Part shown: piece after piece, positions 54,627 to 62,555 of the stretch
Layout of the letters: each line of letters opens with the position of its first letter
Position numbering within the stretch: position 1 is the stretch's first letter
DNA from: a virus
DNA: 64,000 bases
Strand: one strand, 5' to 3'
Virus record (IMG/VR): IMGVR_UViG_3300035001_000006
Span: 8,823-72,822 of that record
The notes under the pieces: generated by a model
The model's input: the letters and a program-made list of their open reading frames with translations, nothing else
What the model was told of the DNA's origin: nothing
Databases searched by the model: none
Made by a program: the position numbers and the translations under genes

Positions 54627-54877
54627 TGCAGACCCGGCGCGGCTCCCTCGTCGAGGTGGTGAGCGGGACTGCGGTCGCCTTCGCCATCTCCCTGATTCTC
54701 CAGCACTGCGTGGTCGACCCTCTGTGGAACCTGAACACGTCGTTCTTCGAGAACCTGAGCATCACGGTGCTCTTCACCGTCGTCAGCGTGGCTCGCAGCT
54801 ACGTCTGGCGGCGCTTCTTCAACTGGCTCCAAAACAAAAACAACAACAGCCATGTCACTTCAAGGAATCACCGGTAA
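54626..54877 (+). CDS. Small two-TM phage protein
   Basis: MQTRRGSLVEVVSGTAVAF...FTVVSVARSYVWRRFFN. Confidence 0.75.
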   Translation: MQTRRGSLVEVVSGTAVAFAISLILQHCVVDPLWNLNTSFFENLSITVLFTVVSVARSYVWRRFFNWLQNKNNNSHVTSRNHR

Positions 54878-55406
54878 GGCCTACAGCGGCAAAGACACCT
54901 TCGGCGAGGCATTCATCCGCGCGGGTTACCGCCGGATCTCGTTCGCAGAGCCGCTCAAGGAAGCAGTCGCCATCATCGCCGGCGAGCCCACGCATCTCTA
55001 TCACTCAGCCGAGGGCAAGGAGGGCTTCTCGCCCGTCCTGAATTGCACACGGCGCCACGCCCTTCAGGCGGTCGGCAAGGGTGTGCGCGATGTGCTCGAC
55101 CAGGACATCTGGGTGCGACGCGCGCTGGATGCGTGGGACCGAATGGGCCGACCCAACGCCGTCATCACGGATGTTCGCTACGACAACGAAGCGGATCTTA
55201 TTCGGCAGTACGGCGGCACGGTCGTGAAGATCGAACGCCCCAACCAGCAGCAGGGCCTCGAAGGCGCTGCCGCGCTGCACGAGTCCGAGCGCGGCATCAG
55301 CGAGCACCTCATCGACATCGTCATCGTGAATGACGGGACGATCGGCGAGCTCCACGCCGAGGCGCGCAAGCTCATCGACGCGGTGCCGGCCGACGGAGGT
55401 CTCTGA
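54852..55406 (+). CDS. Deoxynucleoside monophosphate kinase
   Basis: GITGKAYSGKDT, ISFAEPLKE, VITDVRYDNEA, HESE. Confidence 0.9.
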   Translation: MSLQGITGKAYSGKDTFGEAFIRAGYRRISFAEPLKEAVAIIAGEPTHLYHSAEGKEGFSPVLNCTRRHALQAVGKGVRDVLDQDIWVRRALDAWDRMGRPNAVITDVRYDNEADLIRQYGGTVVKIERPNQQQGLEGAAALHESERGISEHLIDIVIVNDGTIGELHAEARKLIDAVPADGGL

Positions 55407-55651
55407 TGGCCGCCGAAGCCGACAACCTTGACAGGGCTGCGGACCTCACCCGCGCGCGGACGGACACGCAGATCGCCGCGGTGCGGAGCTTGGCCGCTCC
55501 CGAGCAGATCCAGAACTCCGACGGCACCTGGCCCGAGACCGAGTGCGTCGTGTGCGGCGTCGACCTCGGGAAGCGGGCGGAGCTCGGGAAGATCCGCTGC
55601 GTTCACTGCCAGGGCCAGATCGAAGCCAGGGGCGCGCGATGGCCAAGGTGA
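55406..55651 (+). CDS. TraR/DksA C4 zinc-finger protein
   Basis: ADNLDRAA N-terminus; CVVCG...RCVHCQ. Confidence 0.8.
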   Translation: MAAEADNLDRAADLTRARTDTQIAAVRSLAAPEQIQNSDGTWPETECVVCGVDLGKRAELGKIRCVHCQGQIEARGARWPR

Positions 55652-56019
55652 ACCCCAACTCCAAGGCATCCAAGTTGCGGCGCGCCAAGGCCCTGCTAGA
55701 GGCCCTGCTGCGCGCCCCGAAGACCCAGGCTGGCCTGATCGCCGCCGCGCGGACCAAGGGCGTCACCCGCAACTTCGTCTATGGCTGGCTGACGAACGCG
55801 GTTCAGACCGCTGTGGTCGTGAAGCACAAGAGCACCGACCCACCGACTTTCCAGCTCGCCGCTACCGCGGCGACCGAACAACCCTCCGCCGGCGACTACC
55901 CCCCATGGCTTGAGCCGCGGGGCCTGCCGGCTTTCACCGGCCGCACCGCCTTCATCGGCGGAGCGCGCCGAACGCGAACCGCAAAGGAGACCACATGCGC
56001 TTCAACATCGACCATCTGA
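55639..56019 (+). CDS. Putative HTH DNA-binding protein
   Basis: PKTQAGLIAAARTKGVTRNFVYGWL. Confidence 0.55.
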   Translation: MAKVNPNSKASKLRRAKALLEALLRAPKTQAGLIAAARTKGVTRNFVYGWLTNAVQTAVVVKHKSTDPPTFQLAATAATEQPSAGDYPPWLEPRGLPAFTGRTAFIGGARRTRTAKETTCASTSTI

Positions 56020-59000
56020 TCATCGACGGCAACAGCTACCTGAACTCCGCCCTGCTGAAGGGCACCGACCACGACGCCGGCTACAAGGTCAAGACCGAAG
56101 ACGGCAAGGAGGTGCAGGTCAACGGCGCCGAATACGGCGTCGAGAACTTCTTCGACAAGGTCACCGCGGACATCGAGCACTTCGGCGTTCCCCCGCGCAA
56201 GATCATCCTCGTGTGGGACGGCAAGAACGCGAAGATGCGCCGGCGCGCCGTGCTGGCTCGCTACAAGGAGGGCCGCGACAAGATCGAGGAGGTCAACATC
56301 GAGCTGAACAAGGCTCGCGAAATCTGCACCCAGATGATGCTCGACCTGGGCGCCACCGTGATGCAGCAGAAGGGGATGGAGGCCGACGACGTCATCGGCT
56401 ACCTCACCAAGACCCTCCCGGGTTGCAAGGTCGTCGCCACCAACGACGGCGACCTGAGCGTGCTGGTGGACGAAGTGACCGACACTCACGTCTGGCGCCT
56501 CGGCGAGCTAGACAAGCAGCCCTACGGCCCCTTTCCGCACCGCTACATCACGCTGTACAAGGCGTTGGTCGGCGATTCGGGCGACAAGATTCCCGGCGCG
56601 GCCGGGTTCGGTGATGCGAAGTTCGTCGACCTGGTGCGGATCTTCGGCATGGACGGCCTCGAGCTCATGCAGGACTTGATCCTGACCGGCAAGCTGGCGC
56701 GCCTGCGCGAGGACGTGGCCGACTTCCCTGCCCTGCAGAAGATCATCGACGGCGCCGACCAGGTCGCGATCTCGTGGCGCTGCGCGGAGCTGCACGTCGA
56801 GGACGTGAACACGCTCCACAGCCCCCTGGAGATCCAGGCCGGCATGGTGAAGACTTGGGCGTCGCTGCCCGACGAACGCCGAGCCACCAGCCTGCGCCGC
56901 TTCTACGGCACCAACACGCTGATGCACGCCGCGAACTACGACGAGGTGAAGGCCAAGCTGGCCGCGCGCCTCGCCGAGTCGCCGTTCGTCGCGCTCGACA
57001 TCGAGACCTCGTCGACCGAAGAGTCCGACGAGTGGGTGGCGGCAGTGGCCGACGCAATGGACAAAGACGAGAAGCTGGACGCGCTCGGCCACGAGCTCAC
57101 CGGCGGATCGCTGACCTTCGGCGACAACACTCAGCACACCATCTACATGACGGTGGACCACCTGGAGACGCCTGACCACAAGAATCTCACCAAGGACCAG
57201 TTCCGCGAGGTGGTCGAGCTGATCCCGTCGGACAAGATGCACACGGTCATCCACAACCGTGCGTTCGAGTTCAACGTCCTGTACCGAACTTTCGGCGAGG
57301 CCTGGAAGGACAACGGCTGGGGCGGCTTTGTGCCAAACGCGATCGACACCCAACTCGGCAGCTCCTACGTCAACGAGAACCTGCCGCTGGGCCTGAAGGA
57401 TCGCAGCGCGACCCACCTGGGCTACAAGCAGACCACGTACGAGGAAGTGACCACGATGCGCGGCAAGGTGGGCTCCCTTTTGGGTGGCGTTGTGAAGTCC
57501 ATCTATCCGGTCGAGCTTGTGCCCGCCGTCATGGCCCCGAACCCGAAGTCGACCGAGAAGAAGCCGCTGAAGGACATCGTCATCACGCCGGCGGTGACTG
57601 AGGACTGGGAGCTGCGCGAGTACAAGATGAACCAGCTGACCGCCCAGCACGTGCTGAGCTACGGCTGCGACGACACGATGTGCACGGCCGCGCTGCACAC
57701 CTACTACCGGCTCGTGATGGACATCGAGGGAACCTGGGACGTGTACCTCGAGGTCGAGCAGCGCCCGCAGTACCTGACCAGCCTTGCCAACCTGCAGGGC
57801 GTCAAGATCTCGATGTCCAAGCTCAAGGAGATGGAGCGGAAAGACGACCAGCGCTACGCCGAAGGCTGGGACACGCTCCGCGCGTTTCTGCTTGACCATG
57901 GTTGGGAGGGCACGGTGTGCCCCGAGTTCGAGGGCAGCCTGGAGCCGTCCGACGTCAAGCTGGCCGCCGGCATCATCCTGCCGGACGGCGAGTTCACGAC
58001 GAAGAAGCGCAAGCACAACGCGATGGCGTTTGACCTGCGCGAGCAGTTCCCCGACAGCGACGTGGCAAGCGTGCTGGCCAACTTCGTCGAAGCGGACGAT
58101 GTGGAGGGAGTGAACAAGCTGGTCCGCCGGCACTTCACCGGCGAGCCTCAGATCAAGTTCAACTCGGCCAAGCAGATGCAGAACCTGTTCTACAACGTGC
58201 TGGGCATGACGCCGCGGAAGTTCAACGCGCTGACCGAAAAGCAGCGCGAGATCCCCGAGATGGCCTCCGCGTTCAAGAAGCTGCGCTCGATCAAGGACGG
58301 CAAGATGACGATGGCCGACCTCACGAAGGAGGAGCGCGACATCCTGATCTCGAAGGCATCGACGGACGACGACCTGGTCGAGTTCTCGCTGGCGCGCGAC
58401 ACTCTGACGGACGAGAACCGGAAGGCTCTGAAGGCCTACCAATCCGTGCGCTCGGTGATGACTCGCCGAAGCCTGTTCTACAAGACCTACAAGGCGCTCC
58501 CGCACTGGCGCACCGGCCGCATTCACAGCGCCATGAACCAGTGCCAGGCGGTGACGCGACGCTACTCGAGCAGCGGGCCCAACCTGCAGCAGCTGCCCAA
58601 GCTGGATGAGGGCTCGGAGTTCCGAGGCATCATCCAACCGCACAAGCCGACGGCCGTGATCGTATCGTGCGACTTCTCCGGTCAGGAGCTGCGTTTGATG
58701 GCGCACTTGTCGGAAGACGAGAACCTGACGTCCTGCTACGTTGGCGACAACCTGAAGGACGTGCACAGCCTGACGGCAGCCGCCGTGTCGGAGTACCTCT
58801 GGGACCGACGCCTGGCGTACGAGGAGTTCGTGGCGCGCCGCGAGGGAGAGGAGAAGACTGTCTCCGACAAGGCGGAGAAGCTGCGCAAGGACTCGAAGAT
58901 CGTGAACTTCGGCACCAACTACGACATGCAGGCGGAAGCGCTTGCCATGAAGCTGAAGGTCGAAGCGGAGATCGCGCAGCAGTTCATCGACGCGAAGGAC

Positions 59001-59507
59001 GCCGCGATGCCTGGAATCGGCGTCTGGAAGGACGATGTGCGCCAAAAGGTAGAGGAGACTGGATTCGCATCCACCCTGCTCGGCGCGCGCCGCCACCTCC
59101 AGGAGGTCCTTCGCAGCGACAACCACTGGGACCGCGCGAAGGCTGGTCGCCAGGGCCCGAACTTCGAGATCCAGGGCTCCGGCGCCGAGCAGTCGAAGCT
59201 CTCCATGGGCTCTATGTGGGACCAGGGCCTGTTCACGGGCAGGTACGACGCACAGTTCATCGCGCCGATCCACGACGAGTGCGTGGCCAGCGTCGATGCG
59301 GCTGACCCGGACCACGCAGTTGAGTTCATCCGCGAGTTCCATGCCTGCATGGCGCAGCCCTACGGCGGCATGACCATCCCGGTCGTCTCGTCGATCTCGA
59401 TCGGGCCGGACTTCAAGCACCAGATCGAGTGTGGCGACTACTTCGACGAGGCCGCGATCCGCGCAGCCTTGGCGAAGATCTTCAGCAAAGAGGAGGTGGC
59501 CGCTTGA
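55995..59507 (+). CDS. polA: Family A DNA polymerase with an N-terminal 5'-3' (flap) exonuclease and a 3'-5' exonuclease
   Basis: IIDGNS, MEADDVIG, NDGD, LVGDSGDKIPG (5'-3' exo); ALDIET, HNRAFE (3'-5' exo); CDFSGQELR, KIVNFG, IHDE (motifs A, B, C). Confidence 0.95.
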   Translation: MRFNIDHLIIDGNSYLNSALLKGTDHDAGYKVKTEDGKEVQVNGAEYGVENFFDKVTADIEHFGVPPRKIILVWDGKNAKMRRRAVLARYKEGRDKIEEVNIELNKAREICTQMMLDLGATVMQQKGMEADDVIGYLTKTLPGCKVVATNDGDLSVLVDEVTDTHVWRLGELDKQPYGPFPHRYITLYKALVGDSGDKIPGAAGFGDAKFVDLVRIFGMDGLELMQDLILTGKLARLREDVADFPALQKIIDGADQVAISWRCAELHVEDVNTLHSPLEIQAGMVKTWASLPDERRATSLRRFYGTNTLMHAANYDEVKAKLAARLAESPFVALDIETSSTEESDEWVAAVADAMDKDEKLDALGHELTGGSLTFGDNTQHTIYMTVDHLETPDHKNLTKDQFREVVELIPSDKMHTVIHNRAFEFNVLYRTFGEAWKDNGWGGFVPNAIDTQLGSSYVNENLPLGLKDRSATHLGYKQTTYEEVTTMRGKVGSLLGGVVKSIYPVELVPAVMAPNPKSTEKKPLKDIVITPAVTEDWELREYKMNQLTAQHVLSYGCDDTMCTAALHTYYRLVMDIEGTWDVYLEVEQRPQYLTSLANLQGVKISMSKLKEMERKDDQRYAEGWDTLRAFLLDHGWEGTVCPEFEGSLEPSDVKLAAGIILPDGEFTTKKRKHNAMAFDLREQFPDSDVASVLANFVEADDVEGVNKLVRRHFTGEPQIKFNSAKQMQNLFYNVLGMTPRKFNALTEKQREIPEMASAFKKLRSIKDGKMTMADLTKEERDILISKASTDDDLVEFSLARDTLTDENRKALKAYQSVRSVMTRRSLFYKTYKALPHWRTGRIHSAMNQCQAVTRRYSSSGPNLQQLPKLDEGSEFRGIIQPHKPTAVIVSCDFSGQELRLMAHLSEDENLTSCYVGDNLKDVHSLTAAAVSEYLWDRRLAYEEFVARREGEEKTVSDKAEKLRKDSKIVNFGTNYDMQAEALAMKLKVEAEIAQQFIDAKDAAMPGIGVWKDDVRQKVEETGFASTLLGARRHLQEVLRSDNHWDRAKAGRQGPNFEIQGSGAEQSKLSMGSMWDQGLFTGRYDAQFIAPIHDECVASVDAADPDHAVEFIREFHACMAQPYGGMTIPVVSSISIGPDFKHQIECGDYFDEAAIRAALAKIFSKEEVAA

Positions 59508-59665
59508 ACGAAATCCGCGAGATCCACGGCGACGACATCATCCTTTGGCCAGACGGCAACTGGGCCTTCCGCCGAGACATCCAAGAACACGAGTTCCAGG
59601 GCATCTACGACTTCGAGGTCATCGAGGTTGATTCCCCGAGGTGGTTGGAGATGCTCGATGGCTGA
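59504..59665 (+). CDS. Hypothetical protein
   Basis: TTG start; DDIILWPDGNWAFR. Confidence 0.55.
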   Translation: MNEIREIHGDDIILWPDGNWAFRRDIQEHEFQGIYDFEVIEVDSPRWLEMLDG

Positions 59666-59933
59666 CCGCAATGTGCTGACCGCGCCGGTCAGCGTCTGCT
59701 TCGATCCAGAGACTCACCCCGCCCCGCGCGGCGTGACTCTCTGGGTCGTCGGGCCGGGTGGATCCGGCTACAAGGGGCATTGGTACGAGGGCGCCATCGC
59801 CTGGGCGTACCTGCCCCAACTTCCTGAGAGCGTGAAGGCACGCCAGGACCAGCGCACAAAACAACAACAAGAAAACGAGCGCAACCGTGACCAACACCAT
59901 CATTCCGAGCTTCCGGAAGAGCAAGTTCGCTGA
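59658..59933 (+). CDS. Hypothetical protein
   Basis: MADRNVL...AIAWAYLPQLP. Confidence 0.6.
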   Translation: MADRNVLTAPVSVCFDPETHPAPRGVTLWVVGPGGSGYKGHWYEGAIAWAYLPQLPESVKARQDQRTKQQQENERNRDQHHHSELPEEQVR

Positions 59934-60381
59934 CCGGGGCAAAGAGGCCGAGAACGCGGCCTCCAAGTACCTTTCGCTGTGGGCGAAAGATCGCTCCAAC
60001 CGAGAGTTCAACCGCCTTCTCGACTCCAAGGCCGCGGGCCGGATCGTCAAGGCCTCGAAGGCGGACTTCGAGTTCTTCTATAGCCCCACGAACGGGAGCT
60101 TCTCCTTCTTCGGTCTGCTCGAAGTGAAGGAGACCGAGCACGAGTACCGCCTCGCGCGATCCAAGGTCTCGCAGATGCCGAGCTTGATCAAGCGCATGAA
60201 GTGCGGCGGCACCTGCCACGTCCTCGTGCATCACAGCACCATCAAGAAGTGGCGCTGCATCAACGCCGCCTGGCTGCGGGACAACGGCGACAAGGGCAGC
60301 TGGAACATCGGGCAGTTCCCTGCGTTCGACACACCAGGGGAGGCCTTGCGCCAGACCAACCTGCTGCTGTGGTCGCTGTGA
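59887..60381 (+). CDS. Holliday junction resolvase (RecU-like, PD-(D/E)XK)
   Basis: RGKEAE, SKADFE, LLEVKET, SQMPSL. Confidence 0.7.
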   Translation: MTNTIIPSFRKSKFADRGKEAENAASKYLSLWAKDRSNREFNRLLDSKAAGRIVKASKADFEFFYSPTNGSFSFFGLLEVKETEHEYRLARSKVSQMPSLIKRMKCGGTCHVLVHHSTIKKWRCINAAWLRDNGDKGSWNIGQFPAFDTPGEALRQTNLLLWSL

Positions 60382-60626
60382 CCAAGGAGCGCTACTGCCC
60401 CTACCACCAGGGCTTTGTCGCCGACGAGGGCTTCCGCATCGTCGTCGACGTCCGCTCGAACACCAAGCGCGGCATGTGCCCGGCCTGTCAGGAGAAGCGG
60501 CGCCAGCCGCGCGCCGCGCTGCAGGCCCTCGCCGATCGCGATCGATCCGAGCGCGCCGCCAAGTCTCAACGCATCACCGCGGAAGCGCGCGAAAGGAATT
60601 CCAATGCGAACCCTGATCATCAATGA
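60378..60626 (+). CDS. Small Zn-binding protein
   Basis: CPYH...CPAC. Confidence 0.55.
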   Translation: MTKERYCPYHQGFVADEGFRIVVDVRSNTKRGMCPACQEKRRQPRAALQALADRDRSERAAKSQRITAEARERNSNANPDHQ

Positions 60627-61710
60627 CCTGCACCTGGGCGTGAACCGCTCGGGCGGCACCACCCTCGCCTCTCTCACTTCGCTCCGCGAGTATGGGCACA
60701 CGAAGCACCGGGAGCTCCTCGACCTGGCCAAGGACGGTGACACCGTCGTCGTCAACGGGGACCTCTCGGACGTCTACGACATCCCGCTCGGCCAGGCGAT
60801 CGAGATCTACGCCGTTGTCGGGGAGTTCCTGCGCGCGCAGAAGAGCTCGCGTGTTGTCTGGGCCGTGGGCAACCACGACTTGAGCAAGGACTCGAGCAAG
60901 CTGGGTACGGTGGCCTTCCTGGGCGCCCTGCTCGAGGCCCAGTTCCCCGGGCGCTTCCAGCTCCTGGACAAGCCCGGCCTGCTGGGCAGCGACACCTACA
61001 TCATCCCGCACGTGGCGAACCAGGAGATGTTCGACATGGAGCTGACGCGCATCCCGACGGGCGTCACCTTCGTGCTGCTCCACTGCAACTACGACAACGA
61101 GTTCGCCGGCGCGATGGACCACTCGCTGAATCTGTCGCGCAAGCAGGCGAAGGCGCTCAAGGACCGCGGCATCACCATGGTGTTCGGTCACGAGCACCAG
61201 CAGCGCGACCTCATCGGCGGGGCCGTGGCCATCGTTGGCAACCAGTTCCCGAGCTCGGTGAGCGACTGCCTGAACAACGAAACGAAGCGCTGCGCAGTGA
61301 TCGAGGACGGCCGGCTCTCGTTCATCCAGACCTGGTCGCGCGACGACAAGGTCGGCTACTTCAAGGAGGTCGACTGGCGCGACGTCGCCAGCTTCATCCA
61401 CGAGCCGAGCGGCTTCATTCGCGTGGTCGGCAACGCCAAGGGCGAAGAGGCAGCCGAGATGATCAAGGCGATCTCGACGCTGCGCTCCAAGAGCGAGGCT
61501 TTCGTCATCACCAACGCGGTGCAGGTCGAGCAGGCAGAGGGCCTGGGCGAGATCGCCGCCAGTGTCGAGGACGTGCGCAGCGTGAACGTGATCGACCTGC
61601 TGCTCGAGCTGGTCACGCCCGAGCAGGCGCGCGTCATCAAGCAGCTCACCGGCCGCGAGGTCGAGCTCGAGATCGCCCAAGAAGAAGAACACGAGGAAGC
61701 AACCGCATGA
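60604..61710 (+). CDS. Metallophosphoesterase nuclease (SbcD/Mre11/gp47-like)
   Basis: NDLHLG, NGDLSD, VGNHD, LHCN, FGHEH; paired with an SMC ATPase. Confidence 0.85.
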   Translation: MRTLIINDLHLGVNRSGGTTLASLTSLREYGHTKHRELLDLAKDGDTVVVNGDLSDVYDIPLGQAIEIYAVVGEFLRAQKSSRVVWAVGNHDLSKDSSKLGTVAFLGALLEAQFPGRFQLLDKPGLLGSDTYIIPHVANQEMFDMELTRIPTGVTFVLLHCNYDNEFAGAMDHSLNLSRKQAKALKDRGITMVFGHEHQQRDLIGGAVAIVGNQFPSSVSDCLNNETKRCAVIEDGRLSFIQTWSRDDKVGYFKEVDWRDVASFIHEPSGFIRVVGNAKGEEAAEMIKAISTLRSKSEAFVITNAVQVEQAEGLGEIAASVEDVRSVNVIDLLLELVTPEQARVIKQLTGREVELEIAQEEEHEEATA

Positions 61711-62555
61711 CCGCAAAAATCATCGCTCATTCCATCTCGCCCGACGGCAAGGAGATCGTCACCTTTCAGCTCGCCTACTGGCGCGCCATCCACGGCGAGC
61801 TGAAGACGCACCGCGCGTTCTCGACCAGTTCGATGTCCTCGCGCGCCGTGCCGGTTGCAAAGATGATCGCGCAGGTGCGCAACGACCCATTCATCCCGAA
61901 GCACATCGGGCGCAACACTGGGGGCATGCAGGCTCACACCCCGCTGTCCTCGGAGGAGCGAGAGAAAGCCGTCCGCATCTGGCAAGGGGCCGCACTCGAG
62001 GCAGCCGACGCCGCACAGATGCTCGACGAGATCGGCGTGGCCAAGCAGATCGCGAACCGGGTGCTTGAGCCCTTCCAGATCATGCACACCGTGGTCACGG
62101 CGACGGAGCTCGACAATTTCTGGGCGCTGCGTCGGCACCCGGACGCCGAGCCGCACTTCCACGACCTTGCCGATGAGATGTTCGCCGCGCTGGCGAAGTC
62201 CGGCGCGGTGGAGCGCGGCGGCACCGCATGGGACGAGTCGTCGTGGCATCTGCCTTACGTCTCGGACGCTGAGCGCTCCGCCAACAGCCCTGCCACGCTG
62301 TTGCGGCTGAGCGCAGCGCGATGCGCTCGTGTCAGCTACCTCAACCACGACAGCAGCGCACCGAGCGTGGAAAAGGATCTCGCGCTTTTCGACCGGCTGG
62401 CCGGCAGCGCGCCGATACACGCGTCGCCGCTGGAGCACCAGGCCCTGCCTCAGTTCCACGCCGACCTCTCCAGCCGCAGTTTCCGCGGCTGGCTCCAGTT
62501 CCGCGAGGTCTTCGAAGAGGACATCGCCGTCATGAAGGCCCTCACTCATGCTTAA
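61707..62555 (+). CDS. thyX: FAD-dependent thymidylate synthase
   Basis: THRAFSTSSMSSRAVP, KQIANRVLEPF, NFWALR, SAARCARVSY, HASPLEH. Confidence 0.85.
   Translation: MTAKIIAHSISPDGKEIVTFQLAYWRAIHGELKTHRAFSTSSMSSRAVPVAKMIAQVRNDPFIPKHIGRNTGGMQAHTPLSSEEREKAVRIWQGAALEAADAAQMLDEIGVAKQIANRVLEPFQIMHTVVTATELDNFWALRRHPDAEPHFHDLADEMFAALAKSGAVERGGTAWDESSWHLPYVSDAERSANSPATLLRLSAARCARVSYLNHDSSAPSVEKDLALFDRLAGSAPIHASPLEHQALPQFHADLSSRSFRGWLQFREVFEEDIAVMKALTHA

Noticed and set aside
54626-54877. Holin call for the small two-TM gene
   Set aside because: Lies in the replication module with no endolysin or spanin nearby; no lysis cassette was found in this window.
48642-59420. Very long minus-strand ORFs (48642..51008, 56508..59420, etc.)
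   Set aside because: Antisense shadows of the primase and polymerase genes, caused by strong third-position GC bias.
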